Position numbers and translations under genes: made by a program. Below are positions 16,626 through 30,085 of a stretch of 64,000 nucleotides of DNA, one piece after another. The notes beneath the pieces were generated by a model. The model saw only the letters and a program-made list of their open reading frames with translations, was not told the origin of the DNA and searched no databases. The DNA comes from Acidobacteriota bacterium. Its GTDB lineage: Bacteria; Acidobacteriota; Polarisedimenticolia; JBFMGF01. The DNA lies in NCBI GenBank assembly GCA_040752675.1, contig JBFMGF010000061.1:2105-66104 (forward strand). The letters run 5' to 3'. Within the stretch, counting starts at the first letter, position 1. The number at the start of each line of letters is the position of its first letter.

Positions 16626-16774
16626 GGAAAAATCTCCAAATGCTTCGGTTAGTCTTGGGTATCCCGGAATATTATCAAGCGGTGATAATAATTTACATCA
16701 CAATTCGATGAATTCAAGCAAAAAAATTATCTGGGTTTATTCAGTATCTGGCTCCGTCATTAAACATAGCGAAT

Positions 16775-17731
16775 TCAGGAAAGATAATCAAGTGAAGTTT
16801 CGAGAAATTCTCTGGCTGTCTTTATGGAGTTCAGCAGCCTCCGGTATTGGAGGGCTCCGGGCACTCTCCTGAAGTACCATCCGGCGAAGCTCCGCATCCG
16901 ATGCAGTGCGATCCTGTCCTCTTCGTTTTCAAGCAGTATCCGAAAATGCTCTAGGGCGAATCTATTGCGTTCGGCCGCGCTTATGACTTCCGGAACCTCT
17001 CCTCTCTCGATCTGCATGATCTGCCTGAAGATCCAGGGATTGGACATTGCCGCCCGCCCTATCATCACTGCATCGCACCCTGTCTCCCGTTTCATTCGGA
17101 TGGCATCTTCCGCCTCTTTCACGTCCCCATTTCCGATCACGGGAATCTTCACTTGATATTTCACTTCTCCGATGAGAGGCCACTCCGCCTTTTCCTTGAA
17201 AGAGTCCGAACGGGAACGCGCGTGAACAGTGATAGCGGCGGCGCCGTTTTCTTCGGCGATCCGCGACAGCTCGATCCCCTTCCTGTCCCATTTCTGCCAT
17301 CCGGATCGTATCTTCACCGTCACCGGGATGGTGACGCTCCCCGTCACCGCCCGAAGGACCCGGGCCACAAGTGCTGGATCGTTGATCAGCGCTGCACCTG
17401 CACCCGTTTTGACGATTCTGCTAACCGGACATCCCATGTTGATATCCAGGATGTCTGCGCCTGAATCCTCGACAATCTTTGCCGCTAGCGCCATTCTCTC
17501 GCGGTTGGCACCTGAGATCTGTATAGCAATCGGCCTCTCGGCGTGAGAGAACTCCATGATCTTATGGCTTCTCTTCGAATCCCTGGTAAGGGCTTCCGAG
17601 CTTACCATCTCGGAGAAGATCAGGCCGCAACCACCCAGTTTCTTGATCTCCCTCCGAAAATAGGTATCCGTGAAGCCCGCGATGGGGGCGAGAGCAAGTC
17701 CTGGCTCGATTATGACGTGCTTCAGAATCAT
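16775..17731 (-). CDS. dusB: tRNA-dihydrouridine synthase
   Basis: LAPIAGFTDTYFRR, IDINMGCP, PVTVKIRSGW and ITVHARS motifs of the Dus family. Confidence 0.9.
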   Translation of the reverse strand: MILKHVIIEPGLALAPIAGFTDTYFRREIKKLGGCGLIFSEMVSSEALTRDSKRSHKIMEFSHAERPIAIQISGANRERMALAAKIVEDSGADILDINMGCPVSRIVKTGAGAALINDPALVARVLRAVTGSVTIPVTVKIRSGWQKWDRKGIELSRIAEENGAAAITVHARSRSDSFKEKAEWPLIGEVKYQVKIPVIGNGDVKEAEDAIRMKRETGCDAVMIGRAAMSNPWIFRQIMQIERGEVPEVISAAERNRFALEHFRILLENEEDRIALHRMRSFAGWYFRRVPGALQYRRLLNSIKTAREFLETSLDYLS

Positions 17732-18729
17732 CTGGTGGGCGCTTTGTGCTTTACGGAGAGCCGGTGTTGATACCTTTCATTGACCTCGATGGAGCTGTCC
17801 TCCCACATCTTCGTGAGAAGCTTGTTCACCGCCTCGCTGTATTTCTCACCCGAGATTGTGTCATAGATCTCGAAGCGGACGTCGGGGAGGGGCTTAACCT
17901 TCTTTTCAGTTTTCTCTTCAAGTTTCACGATGTGAAATCCGTAAGAGGCTTCGATGAGATCGCTTACATCCCCACTTTTCATCTGGAAGATCCTGGTATC
18001 GAGATCCGCCGCCAGCTCGCCTTTCACAAAAGTTCCAAGGAGACCCCCCTTTTCTCTGGTGGCTCCATCGGAAAGTTGTTCCGCGAGTTTGGCGAAGTCC
18101 GCTCCCTCTTTCACCTGTCTGAGGATTTCTCTCCCCTTCTCTCGCACGGCCTCCCTGTTCTCGGGAGTGGCCAGAAGGATGATCTCCCGGACAGTGACCC
18201 TTTCGGGATCTGTAAAATCCTCGATATTTTTCTCATAGTAATTGTCAATCTCTTTGTCGCTGACCGTGATCTCGTCGCGTATCAGAGAGTTCAGGATCAT
18301 CTGCGGCGCCTGGAATCTCAGAATCTCTTCCCTGAGCTCGTCCTCCGTCATCCTGACATCCTTCAGGAAATTCTGGAAATCCTTGTCCGATTTCAGGTTC
18401 TTCTGTTCCCGGAACTCCTTCATGATGGACTCCCCTAACTTCTTCATGTCGTACTGCTGCTCCGCCTTCTGAAATAGAAGCTTCTCGTTGATGAGGTTGT
18501 AGAGAAGATACTCCTTCGCATCTTTCAGCTTCTGGTCCAACTCCTCACCTGTGTAGGTTGAGTATATCTCTCTTGTGAGGGATCGTTCGTAATTCTCGAA
18601 CTCCGTTTTTGTGATTATGTCGTCATTGACCTTGGACACAATCTCCTCGATCACTTTTCCGGCTATGAGACAACCGGAGAAGAACAGAAGAATGAAGAGA
18701 GCCATGACATATGGTGATATCCTAGACAT
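17728..18729 (-). CDS. Periplasmic chaperone / parvulin-type peptidyl-prolyl isomerase (SurA/PpiD-like)
   Basis: Signal/anchor sequence, a SurA-N-like helical region, and a parvulin segment ...GGLLGTFVKGELAADLDTRIFQMKSGDVSDLIEASYGFHIVKLEE. Confidence 0.8.
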   Translation of the reverse strand: MSRISPYVMALFILLFFSGCLIAGKVIEEIVSKVNDDIITKTEFENYERSLTREIYSTYTGEELDQKLKDAKEYLLYNLINEKLLFQKAEQQYDMKKLGESIMKEFREQKNLKSDKDFQNFLKDVRMTEDELREEILRFQAPQMILNSLIRDEITVSDKEIDNYYEKNIEDFTDPERVTVREIILLATPENREAVREKGREILRQVKEGADFAKLAEQLSDGATREKGGLLGTFVKGELAADLDTRIFQMKSGDVSDLIEASYGFHIVKLEEKTEKKVKPLPDVRFEIYDTISGEKYSEAVNKLLTKMWEDSSIEVNERYQHRLSVKHKAPTR

Positions 18730-18738
18730 GGGTCCTCC

Positions 18739-19755
18739 TCAAGAATTTTCTCTGATGAAATGAAAGGGGAGTCGCTCATAAAAGATCTTGATCTCCCCAC
18801 CGGTCTTCAGCTTTTTGAGATGGTCTTCCAGCATGGCATGGCATTTCTCCCGCAGCAGCCGTTCTTTCATGCTCTGAGCGATCTCTTCGAACGATTTCAT
18901 CCCTTCTGCCTCGACGCTCTCCAGGCGAAAGATGCATGACCTTCCAAGTAGGGACATTGGCTTACTGATCTGCCCGACTTTCAACCGTTTGACTTCATCC
19001 CGGATGTTTTCCGGCAGTTCGTCGATATTGTAAACCTGGGGTCCGCTCTGGCCGGCAGGAACAGCATATTTCTCCGCCAGGGAGTTAAAGTTTTCCTGAT
19101 TTCCGCGGATCTTTTTGAAAAGCTCCCTGGCCTCATTCTCCGTCTCCACTATGATGATGCTTAGCGTGACCGTATGGGTCTTCTTCAACTCTTCCATCTT
19201 CTCCTGGACGTACTGCTTCAATTCGGTATCGCTCACCGTCACCCCCGGGAAGAGTTTTTCACTCTTGAACTTCTGTATCATCAAAAATTCTGTCAGTCTT
19301 TCCATCTCTCCTTTCCGGAGCTTCCCAGCCTTTTCCTCTTCCCCCCCGAACCCTTTCAGGAACTCATTCACCTCTTCGCCACCGACCGTGACCCCGGCCT
19401 TGATCGCCTCTCCCAGCAGGAGCTGGGTATCGATGAAATCCTCGAAGAGCCTGCTCTTTACCTTATCAACATCAGTCTCATCCTGCTCGAAATCTTTGAT
19501 GCTAGCGACGCTGAGGATGCCATTGAGATTATCATAGAAATATTTTTCCAGCATCTCGACCGTGATTTCTCTCCCACCGATGATGGCAATAACGTTCTTC
19601 TCCTCCTCTTTCTCCCCGTAAAACCCGCACCCCTCATTCCATACCAGTACCATGACGATAGCAAAAAGCCTGTACATCACTTGAAACATGGCTTCGTTCC
19701 TGAATTCATCGAATCTAAGCATGATCATATGCCCAGCGGCCAATATATCACACAA
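18739..19755 (-). CDS. SurA-N/PpiC-like chaperone paralogue (degenerate parvulin domain)
   Basis: Architecture is similar to the neighbouring gene: hydrophobic N-terminus LFAIVMVLV, a helical chaperone region, and LPENIRDEVKRLKVGQISKPM...IFRLE. The likely start is internal. Confidence 0.6.
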   Translation of the reverse strand: MCDILAAGHMIMLRFDEFRNEAMFQVMYRLFAIVMVLVWNEGCGFYGEKEEEKNVIAIIGGREITVEMLEKYFYDNLNGILSVASIKDFEQDETDVDKVKSRLFEDFIDTQLLLGEAIKAGVTVGGEEVNEFLKGFGGEEEKAGKLRKGEMERLTEFLMIQKFKSEKLFPGVTVSDTELKQYVQEKMEELKKTHTVTLSIIIVETENEARELFKKIRGNQENFNSLAEKYAVPAGQSGPQVYNIDELPENIRDEVKRLKVGQISKPMSLLGRSCIFRLESVEAEGMKSFEEIAQSMKERLLREKCHAMLEDHLKKLKTGGEIKIFYERLPFHFIRENS

Positions 19756-22700
19756 GCTTTTTGATGACCATTTTCACCCATTCCACGCGATCGATCCCTT
19801 CCGGTTGGATAGTGGTGACCTGTCCCGCAGGAGTCATTGAGGCTCCTTTATGCTCGCAGAGGAAATCCACGATCTTCTCGGCAGAGACGGGTGACTCCGT
19901 GCCAAAGGTCAGGATTACCTTCCCGTCGGAATGATCGATCTCTCTCAGATCGATCTCGGTCGCGGCCAGCTTGAGATCGGCCAGGGCAAAGAAATTCTTC
20001 ACAGGGACAGGGAATGTCCCATACTGGTCCGTCATCTCTTTTCTGATCTCCTCGAGCTCCTCGCGAGTCTCCGCCGATGTTATCCTCTTGTAAAAGGCAA
20101 GGCGTAGATTCTGCGCCGGGATGAAATACTCCGGTATCCTTGCATCTATGCCAAGATTGATCTTCACGGGCACGAGCTCTCTGACAGGTTCGCCCCTCAG
20201 CTCCTGGACCGCTCTCTCCAGCATCTTGATGTAGAGCTCGAATCCGAGAGCCGCAATGTGTCCATGCTGCTTGGTTCCAAGGAACTCCCCGGCTCCCCTG
20301 ATCTCGAGGTCGAGGGCCGCCAGCCTGAATCCCGACCCCAGGTCGCTGAAGTCCTGGAGGGATCTCAGCCGCCTCCGGGCTATGGGCGAGATCGCGCGCA
20401 GCGGTGGGATCAACAGATAGGCATACGCCTTGATGTCAGAGCGCCCGACCCTTCCCCTTAATTGGTAGAGCTGCGATAACCCAAACTGGTCGGCCCTGTT
20501 GATGACTATGGTGTTGACCCTTGGAATATCTAGTCCGTTCTCGATGATTGTCGTGGAGAGCAGAACGTTGTAATCTCCCGAGATGAACCTGAGCATGGCC
20601 TTCTCGAGATCTCTCTCCCGCATCTTCCCGTGGGCCATGATGACTTTTGCCTCCGGGCAGATCCCCTTGATCCGTTGCGCCATGGCGGGAAGCGATGCGA
20701 CGCTGTTGTGTACGAAGTAAACCTGCCCGTTTCGCCTCAACTCTTTCCTTATGGCAGATCTTATGATGTTCCTCCGGAAGGGAATGAGATTCGTCTGAAT
20801 GGACATCCTGTTGGCGGGTGGCGTCTCGATAATCGACAGATCCCGCACGCCTGCCAGCGACATCTGGAGGGTTCTCGGAATCGGGGTAGCCGTCATGGAA
20901 AGAACGTCCACAGATCGCGCCATCATCTTCAACTTCTCCTTGTGCGCAACGCCGAACCGCTGCTCCTCGTCAACGATGAGAAGCCCCAGCCTCTTAAAGG
21001 AGACATCCCTTGAGAGGAGGCGATGCGTTCCGATGACGATGTCAATGCTCCCTTCCTTAATTCTTCTGACGATCTCCTTCTGTTCGGAAGCCTTCCTGAA
21101 CCGGCTCAGCATCTCGATGGTGACGGGAAAGGGGGAGAACCGTGTTTGAAAATTGTTGTAATGCTGGAAGGCGAGGACTGTCGTGGGAGCGAGAAGAGCG
21201 ACCTGCCTTCCATCCATCACGGCTTTGAAGGCGGCGCGCATTGCCACCTCCGTTTTCCCGAACCCCACATCACCACATAGGAGCCGGTCCATCGACCGTT
21301 CACTTTCCATATCCCTTTTGATCTCTTCTATGGCGCTTAACTGGTCAGGCGTTTCTTCATAGGCGAAACCTGCTTCGAACTCTTTCAGCCACTCCATATC
21401 GGCCGAAAATCGATACCCCTTGAGAACCTGTCTCTCCGCATAAAGCTGCAGGAGCTCTCTTGCCAGATTGTCAATCGCCTTCTTCGCTTTCTTTTTTGCA
21501 CGACCCCAGCTTACTCCTCCGAGTTTATCGAGAACAACTTTCTTCCCCTCGACGCCGCTGTATCGCTGAACAAGGTCCAGCCTGTCGACCGGAAGGTACA
21601 AGCGGTCTCCTCCCGCATAGAGGATGAGCATGAAGTCCCTGTCACCAGCAGTTCCTCCCGGCTTTACGAGGCCGGCATACTTCCCTATCCCGTGGTCGTA
21701 ATGGACAACGTGATCTCCAATCTTCAGGTCGCGAAAGTCGGATGCGAATGTCTTATGAGTGCTGATTTTTTCGATCCTCACCCTCTCGCGCCCGAAGATC
21801 TCCCCTTCCGCGTGGACGATGACGTTCAACTCCGGGAGCTCGAATCCGGACCTTATCCTGCATACCGATATAAGAGAGGACAGATCGCGTGCTTCCTCTC
21901 CCGAATCTCCGGAGAGCGAAGAGGCATGTTCTCTCAGGATCTCCATGAGCCGGTCCCGCTTCCCCTCGGAGTTCATCATGATGGCCACTCTCATTCCTCG
22001 CTGCAGTTCATTTTTGAGCTCCGAAAGGAATTGCGTGATGTTCCCGGTGAAATTTCGAACCGGCCTTGAGCTTATGGAATAGTGGCCCTTCCTCTTGTCG
22101 AGCGGGGAAAGATCGGAGATCCCCATATCGTGATCGGCAACCCGCGAAGCAAGCTCCCGTGGATCGATAAAGAGTTCTGTCGGCGCTGGGAATATCGGAA
22201 CCTCCGATTCGCGGTAGTTATCATCGAGCTCTGCATGGATGTTAAGGAGCTCCTCTTCCACCCGGAATGGATCGTCGACGATGATGTAGAAATCATTCAG
22301 GTGGTCGAAGATGCTCTTTCCCTGATCCGTCATGATCTTCCCCAGTCCTTCAATGCCCGGATAGTATCTCTGCGTTCTTACTTTTTCCGCTATCTCTTCC
22401 GCTTTTGCTTTGTCCTTTCCTTTCTTCTCTTTAAGGTAGTTCAGAACTCTGGAGATAGATTCTGAATTCAGAGGAACTTCTGCGGCAGGTCTGATTGATA
22501 TCTTTTTCATTTTCTCGATGGAGAGCTGACTGTTAACGTCAAATGTGCGGATCGATTCGATCTCGTTCCCTGAGAACTCAACCCTGAGCGGCACGTCGTC
22601 ACCCGGCTGAAATAGGTCGATGATCCCTCCTCTCCTGGCAAACTCGCCTGCGGAGGAAACGTAGTCCGAAGGACGAAAGCCTCCCTCAAGCAGTCTTGCA

Positions 22701-23194
22701 ATGAACTCCTCCATAGAAAGAGTCTGATCCTTCTGCAAGGAGAAGAAGAAGTTCTCGAAAACTTCGGGAGGATGAAGGAGCGAGACGAGGGAACGGAGCG
22801 TGAGGACGATGATGGAGGCTTCGCCGTTCAGGATCCTGTGCAGCGCCGCAACCCTCTCGCATGCGGCCTGAAGGTGAGGCGGGATCTGATTGTATGGATC
22901 TGCATCGAGCGAGGGGAAGGTGGCAATCCCTTTCGGGTCAGCTCCCAGAAAGGCTATGAAGGAGGATATGTTCCTTGAATGGAATTCGAGCTCGGCTTCT
23001 CCCGACACGATATAGGCCATCTTTCTGCCTGTCAGTATCTGTATCAGAGAGATGAAGAAAGATCGAGCTGGTTCGATGAGCCCTGAAAGAGCGATTCTCT
23101 CTTCCCGTTCTGAAACTGCGCGAAGTATCCTCGCGAACGATGCATCTTCCAGGATGTGATAGGCGATTTCCGGAAGGTCAACCCTCATTGGCAA
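19748..23194 (-). CDS. mfd: Transcription-repair coupling factor
   Basis: 1148 aa: CarD-like RID (GDHVVHYDHGIGKY), helicase motifs GDVGFGKTEVAMRAAF, DEEQRFGV and QLRGRVGR, plus a TRCF C-terminal domain. Confidence 0.95.
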   Translation of the reverse strand: MPMRVDLPEIAYHILEDASFARILRAVSEREERIALSGLIEPARSFFISLIQILTGRKMAYIVSGEAELEFHSRNISSFIAFLGADPKGIATFPSLDADPYNQIPPHLQAACERVAALHRILNGEASIIVLTLRSLVSLLHPPEVFENFFFSLQKDQTLSMEEFIARLLEGGFRPSDYVSSAGEFARRGGIIDLFQPGDDVPLRVEFSGNEIESIRTFDVNSQLSIEKMKKISIRPAAEVPLNSESISRVLNYLKEKKGKDKAKAEEIAEKVRTQRYYPGIEGLGKIMTDQGKSIFDHLNDFYIIVDDPFRVEEELLNIHAELDDNYRESEVPIFPAPTELFIDPRELASRVADHDMGISDLSPLDKRKGHYSISSRPVRNFTGNITQFLSELKNELQRGMRVAIMMNSEGKRDRLMEILREHASSLSGDSGEEARDLSSLISVCRIRSGFELPELNVIVHAEGEIFGRERVRIEKISTHKTFASDFRDLKIGDHVVHYDHGIGKYAGLVKPGGTAGDRDFMLILYAGGDRLYLPVDRLDLVQRYSGVEGKKVVLDKLGGVSWGRAKKKAKKAIDNLARELLQLYAERQVLKGYRFSADMEWLKEFEAGFAYEETPDQLSAIEEIKRDMESERSMDRLLCGDVGFGKTEVAMRAAFKAVMDGRQVALLAPTTVLAFQHYNNFQTRFSPFPVTIEMLSRFRKASEQKEIVRRIKEGSIDIVIGTHRLLSRDVSFKRLGLLIVDEEQRFGVAHKEKLKMMARSVDVLSMTATPIPRTLQMSLAGVRDLSIIETPPANRMSIQTNLIPFRRNIIRSAIRKELRRNGQVYFVHNSVASLPAMAQRIKGICPEAKVIMAHGKMRERDLEKAMLRFISGDYNVLLSTTIIENGLDIPRVNTIVINRADQFGLSQLYQLRGRVGRSDIKAYAYLLIPPLRAISPIARRRLRSLQDFSDLGSGFRLAALDLEIRGAGEFLGTKQHGHIAALGFELYIKMLERAVQELRGEPVRELVPVKINLGIDARIPEYFIPAQNLRLAFYKRITSAETREELEEIRKEMTDQYGTFPVPVKNFFALADLKLAATEIDLREIDHSDGKVILTFGTESPVSAEKIVDFLCEHKGASMTPAGQVTTIQPEGIDRVEWVKMVIKKLV

Positions 23195-23690
23195 ATCTAT
23201 GGATGATCCTTTCTATGAGAACGGAGGTTGATTGCCCATTCTTCAACGGGATGGAGATAACCCGGCCCCCTCTCCCCTCGACGACATCCCTGCCGACGAT
23301 CTTCGATATCTTCCAGTCTCCCCCTTTGATGAGGACGTCGGGGAGGATCTTCTGGATGAGAACGGCTGGAGTATCCTCGCGGAACGAGACCACATAATCC
23401 ACGCATTCCAGCGCGGCAAGCACTGCTACCCTCTCGCGCAGAGGGATTATCGGTCTGCCGGGTCCCTTCAACCTTCTTACGGAAGAATCGGTGTTGATGC
23501 CCACGATCATGACGTCTCCCATCTTTGATCCTTTTCGCAGGAGATGGATGTGGCCAGCATGGATCAGATCGAAACATCCATTTGTAAAAACGATCTTCTT
23601 CTTCTTACAGCGCAGCCTGCGAACGATCGGCAGGAGGCGGTGGAGGCTCAAGAATTTTTTAGTACCGCTTCTGGTTTCTTTCGATACCAT
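23178..23690 (-). CDS. hldC: D-glycero-beta-D-manno-heptose-1-phosphate adenylyltransferase (RfaE domain II / HldC-like cytidylyltransferase)
   Basis: KIVFTNGCFDLIHAGHIHLL, VGINTDSSVRRLKG and VDYVVSF. Confidence 0.85.
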   Translation of the reverse strand: MVSKETRSGTKKFLSLHRLLPIVRRLRCKKKKIVFTNGCFDLIHAGHIHLLRKGSKMGDVMIVGINTDSSVRRLKGPGRPIIPLRERVAVLAALECVDYVVSFREDTPAVLIQKILPDVLIKGGDWKISKIVGRDVVEGRGGRVISIPLKNGQSTSVLIERIIHRFANEG

Positions 23691-23699
23691 GAATAATTC

Positions 23700-24461
23700 C
23701 TACTCGTTTTTCTTCCCGTACAATCCCCTGCTGTAATTCCTTTTAATCTTCAGAATGTCGCCGATCATGCTGAGAGAGTCGATGACCATTCTGACCTTTG
23801 TCTCTGTCGAATTTCTCCAGACCACAGGAACCTCGATGATCCTCAAGCCGGATCGGGATGCCAGGAAGAGAAGCTCCACATCGTAGCTGAACCTGTCCAC
23901 TTTCATCATGTTGATCACAGGCAGGACCCTTTCTCTTGCCATCAGCTTGAAGCCGCACTGGGTGTCCTTGAAGGGAAGTTTCGTAATCATTCGGACCAGG
24001 CTGTTAAAGGACTTACCCATTGTCCGCCGGACCCAGTTCTGCTTGATCTCAACCTTCGATGGATCAATTCCCCTGGAACCTATGGCAATGTCGTAATTCC
24101 CTTCTCTCATCACTTTCATCAGGACGCCGAACTCCTCAATGGGGGCCGAGAGGTCGGCATCCGTGAGGAGGATCAGATTCCCCTTGCTTGCCAGGAAGCC
24201 TCGCCGGAAGGAGAATCCCTTTCCTCTATTCTCGACATTGTTGACGAGAAAGCAGTGGTCGTGAAGATGAGTGAACTTCTTCGCTATCTCCGGGGTAGCA
24301 TCCACGCTGCCGTCATTAACCACGATGATCTCTGCATCAAGGCTGTTCTGGCGGGTGTATGTCCAGACCCGGTCGAGGGTATCCCGGAGTCTCTTCTCCT
24401 CATTGAACGCCGGAATGACGATGGACAGAAAAGGGTTCGATGCCATAACGCGTTGCAGCAC
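23700..24461 (-). CDS. GT2 glycosyltransferase (polyprenyl-phosphate hexosyltransferase-like)
   Basis: LSIVIPAFNEEKRL, IIVVNDGSVDAT, LLTDADLS and QCGFK. Confidence 0.85.
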   Translation of the reverse strand: MLQRVMASNPFLSIVIPAFNEEKRLRDTLDRVWTYTRQNSLDAEIIVVNDGSVDATPEIAKKFTHLHDHCFLVNNVENRGKGFSFRRGFLASKGNLILLTDADLSAPIEEFGVLMKVMREGNYDIAIGSRGIDPSKVEIKQNWVRRTMGKSFNSLVRMITKLPFKDTQCGFKLMARERVLPVINMMKVDRFSYDVELLFLASRSGLRIIEVPVVWRNSTETKVRMVIDSLSMIGDILKIKRNYSRGLYGKKNE

Positions 24462-24547
24462 TTGAAAGTTTTGTTATCAGGCCATGGATTGGAATTTGTT
24501 GCCAATGAGCGACACTTGCCGGGAATACCGAAATGCCAGGCGCGGGA

Positions 24548-25777
24548 TTAGCGTTCTGGGATCTTGATGCTTCCAACTTCCTGGATATACTTGTCGAACT
24601 GAACGAATCTTCCGTTATGAATGACAAATATCCTCGGATGCTGAACGACATCACCGTTATTGTCGAAAGTTGTCCGTCCCGCTGCTCCCTCGTAATTATT
24701 GATGGCCATTAGCCCGGTGCGGATATCCTCCGGATGCGTGCTCTTCACCTTCTTGACCGCTTCCGCGATCAGCTTAACAGCATCATAGCCGTGAGCCGCA
24801 AAATTGTCGGGATCTTTCGAATACTTTTTCCTGAACCTCTGGACGAAGGAGGCCATAGCGGGCTCGGAGCTTCCCAGGTCGAAAGCGGGCTGCGGGAACA
24901 TGACTCCTTCGGCGGCACCAGCAGCTATATCAACCATCTTCCTGTTGACCGCAGAGACACAGAAGATGAGCGATTCGATCTTTTGGTTTCGGATCTCCTT
25001 CAGGAGCATGGCCATATCTCTGGCATAACCGCACAGATAGATTGCTTCCGGTTTCAGCTCTTTGGTTTCTGCGATAATGGCCGGAAATCTGTCAAAAGTT
25101 TCTTCCTGGTAACTGAAGACCTTCAGGATCTCCCGGAATTTGCTTCGGAACTGTTTGATGAAGACATCCTTGATGCCGTTTCCGAACTCGTTGTTTATGG
25201 CGATGACGACCACTTTTTCGATCCCCTGTTCTCTAGCAAAATCGGCCGTGAAAGTCCCCTCGACGACATCCGATGGATAATTCCTGAAGATGAACATCCC
25301 GGCGCCCGTCAGCTTGGGAGTGGAGCTGGCCGGGCTCAACATGACCTTGCGGTAGGACTCGCAGATCGGAGCCACGGCAAGGCTGACGGAACTGGCTATG
25401 GGACCGATGATGACGGGGACACGCTCTTTGATGATAAGCTCCTTCGCAGCCGTGACACCCACTCCAATATTGGTTGAATCATCTTTATACAGTATGACGA
25501 TCTTTCTCCCTTCAACTCCCCCCGCTCCGTTCACCTCTTCAACGGCAAGGTCCATCCCCATCGTCACCATGACGCCATATGGCTCAGCGGCCCCGCTAAG
25601 CGAGATAAGGCCTCCCATCCTGAATTCTCTGGAACCGCATCCTCCAGCGAGCAACAGGATTGACACCAGCGCGACGATAAAGAACAACGAGGAAAAGCAT
25701 GAACGGAATCTTATGTGGCTCATAAGACCACCTCTTTGTCCTTTTGCGGGATTATTAAGATCGCTATAATTTCCCAT
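24548..25777 (-). CDS. ABC-transporter substrate-binding lipoprotein, LivJ/branched-chain amino acid type
   Basis: Lipobox LLLAGGCGS and a type-1 periplasmic binding fold pattern (GVEGRKIVILYKDD..., VIIGPIASS...). No permease or ATPase genes are adjacent. The likely start is the internal MSHIRF. Confidence 0.8.
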   Translation of the reverse strand: MGNYSDLNNPAKGQRGGLMSHIRFRSCFSSLFFIVALVSILLLAGGCGSREFRMGGLISLSGAAEPYGVMVTMGMDLAVEEVNGAGGVEGRKIVILYKDDSTNIGVGVTAAKELIIKERVPVIIGPIASSVSLAVAPICESYRKVMLSPASSTPKLTGAGMFIFRNYPSDVVEGTFTADFAREQGIEKVVVIAINNEFGNGIKDVFIKQFRSKFREILKVFSYQEETFDRFPAIIAETKELKPEAIYLCGYARDMAMLLKEIRNQKIESLIFCVSAVNRKMVDIAAGAAEGVMFPQPAFDLGSSEPAMASFVQRFRKKYSKDPDNFAAHGYDAVKLIAEAVKKVKSTHPEDIRTGLMAINNYEGAAGRTTFDNNGDVVQHPRIFVIHNGRFVQFDKYIQEVGSIKIPER

Positions 25778-26171
25778 GGGCTTCTATCCTCGCGAGAGCT
25801 TTTCTCAACCTGATCTCAGCAGTTTTGAACTCCAGATCCCCTTTCTTCAACCTGAGGATCTCTTCCGCCTGCTGTTTCTTATCGAGCGCTCTCTGGAGAT
25901 CGATCTCCTCTGCCTTCTCTGCCGTCTCGGCAAGGACGATCACTTTGTCGTACAAGACCTCACAGAAACCCCAGCTTACGGCGATGTAATGGCTCCTCTC
26001 CCCGATCCTGTAAGTGATGAGTCCAATGGAGAGAGAGGTCAGAAATGGGGCGTGGCCGGGCAGCACGCCAAAATATCCCATCTTTCCGGGAAGCACAACC
26101 TCGTCCACCGTTGCTGAGAGAACTCTCCTCTCCGGCATCACCACTTCGAATGTCATCTTATCCGGCAGCAT
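25764..26171 (-). CDS. atpC: F1 ATP synthase epsilon subunit
   Basis: 135 aa: V.PE..V....V..VVLPG..G.FGVLPGHAP pattern. It is the last gene after atpD. Confidence 0.9.
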   Translation of the reverse strand: MLPDKMTFEVVMPERRVLSATVDEVVLPGKMGYFGVLPGHAPFLTSLSIGLITYRIGERSHYIAVSWGFCEVLYDKVIVLAETAEKAEEIDLQRALDKKQQAEEILRLKKGDLEFKTAEIRLRKALARIEAHGKL

Positions 26172-26261
26172 CCTGTTAATTCTCTATGATCCCAGCACCG
26201 TTCACAAGAAAAAGCGTCGCCGAGATGATGAAGCGCATAAATTAAAGTTGACGAGACACGT

Positions 26262-28558
<2,297 letters not shown>

Positions 28559-30082
28559 TCAATCCTCGCCATGCAGTTTAACGAAGGTCTCCTTGAAGGC
28601 ATCAAGCGCTTTCTTGATCTCTGATCTGAGAGAATCGTCGATCTCTTTTTTCTCGCGGAGTTTCTCCTGCAGTACTGCCTGGTGCTGATCAAGGTAACGG
28701 TAAAGCTCCTTCTCAAAGAGCCGGGATTTGGAAACGGAGATGCTGTCGAGATACCCGGTGGTCGCCGCGTAGATGATCAGGATCTGTTTCTCGACCGAGA
28801 GTGGCTGATATTGTTCTTGCTTCAAAATCTCGACGAGCCTTTCTCCTCTGTGAAGCTGAGCCTGCGTTGCCTTATCGAGATCGCTTCCAAATTGGGCAAA
28901 GGCCGCCATCTCCCTGTACTGGGCCAGTTCGAGCCTCAGCTTTCCTGCCACCTGTTTCATCGCTTTGATCTGAGCATTCCCTCCTACCCTTGAGACAGAG
29001 AGACCAACATTGACGGCCGGCCTGACCCCGGAGTAAAAGAGGTCGGATTCGAGGTAGATCTGCCCATCGGTGATGGAGATGACGTTGGTGGGGATATAGG
29101 TTGAGATGTCTCCCGCCTGCGTTTCGATGATGGGAAGAGCCGTCAGCGACCCTTCGCCTAACTCTTTATTCAGCTTGGCCGCTCTTTCCAGCAACCTTGA
29201 GTGGAGATAGAAGACATCACCGGGATAGGCCTCTCTGCCCGGAGGTCTGCGGAGGAGGAGTGACATCTCGCGATAGGCGGCTGCATGCTTGGAGAGGTCG
29301 TCGTATATACAGAGCGCGTGTTTCCCCCTATCTCTAAAGTACTCTCCCATGGCGCAACCGGCATAAGGACCGAGATACTGAAGGGAGGACGGCTCGCTGG
29401 CCGAAGCCGAGACGACAATCGTATGCTTCATTGCCCCATAATTGTGCAACATCTTTACAACCTGCGCGATGGTGGATTGCTTCTGCCCTATGGCGACATA
29501 GACGCAGATCATGTCCTTGTCCTTCTGATTAATGATGGTGTCGATTGCGAGGGCTGTCTTTCCGGTCTGACGGTCACCGATGATGAGCTCCCTCTGCCCT
29601 CTACCGATGGGGATCATGGAATCGATTGCCTTAATCCCAGTCTGGACCGGTTCCTTAACGGGGATCCTGTCGACTACGCCGGGTGCCAACCTTTCGATCG
29701 GGCCATAGTGTTCCGTCTTAATCGGCCCTTTCCCGTCAAGCTCCTGCCCGAGAGGGTCCACAACCCTGCCGATCATAACTTCACCGACCGGGACTTCCAT
29801 GATCCGCTTCGTTCGCCTGACGATGTCTCCCTCCTTAACGAGTGTCGATTCTCCCATCAGGATGGCGCCGACACTATCCTCTTCAAGGTTCAGAGCCAAG
29901 CCGAAGACGCCGTTCGGAAACTCGAGGATCTCACCGTACATGACGTTCTCGAGCCCGTACACTCTCGCAATCCCGTCACCTGCTGTGATGATGGTCCCAA
30001 CTTCGCTGTAATCTATTTCCTTCTCGTATCCCTCGATATGCTGTTGAATGATCTTGCTTATCTCATCAATTTTGATATCCAT
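28559..30082 (-). CDS. atpA: F1 ATP synthase alpha subunit
   Basis: [18 protein letters not shown] and [41 protein letters not shown]. Confidence 0.97.
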   Translation of the reverse strand: MDIKIDEISKIIQQHIEGYEKEIDYSEVGTIITAGDGIARVYGLENVMYGEILEFPNGVFGLALNLEEDSVGAILMGESTLVKEGDIVRRTKRIMEVPVGEVMIGRVVDPLGQELDGKGPIKTEHYGPIERLAPGVVDRIPVKEPVQTGIKAIDSMIPIGRGQRELIIGDRQTGKTALAIDTIINQKDKDMICVYVAIGQKQSTIAQVVKMLHNYGAMKHTIVVSASASEPSSLQYLGPYAGCAMGEYFRDRGKHALCIYDDLSKHAAAYREMSLLLRRPPGREAYPGDVFYLHSRLLERAAKLNKELGEGSLTALPIIETQAGDISTYIPTNVISITDGQIYLESDLFYSGVRPAVNVGLSVSRVGGNAQIKAMKQVAGKLRLELAQYREMAAFAQFGSDLDKATQAQLHRGERLVEILKQEQYQPLSVEKQILIIYAATTGYLDSISVSKSRLFEKELYRYLDQHQAVLQEKLREKKEIDDSLRSEIKKALDAFKETFVKLHGED

Positions 30083-30085
30083 CCG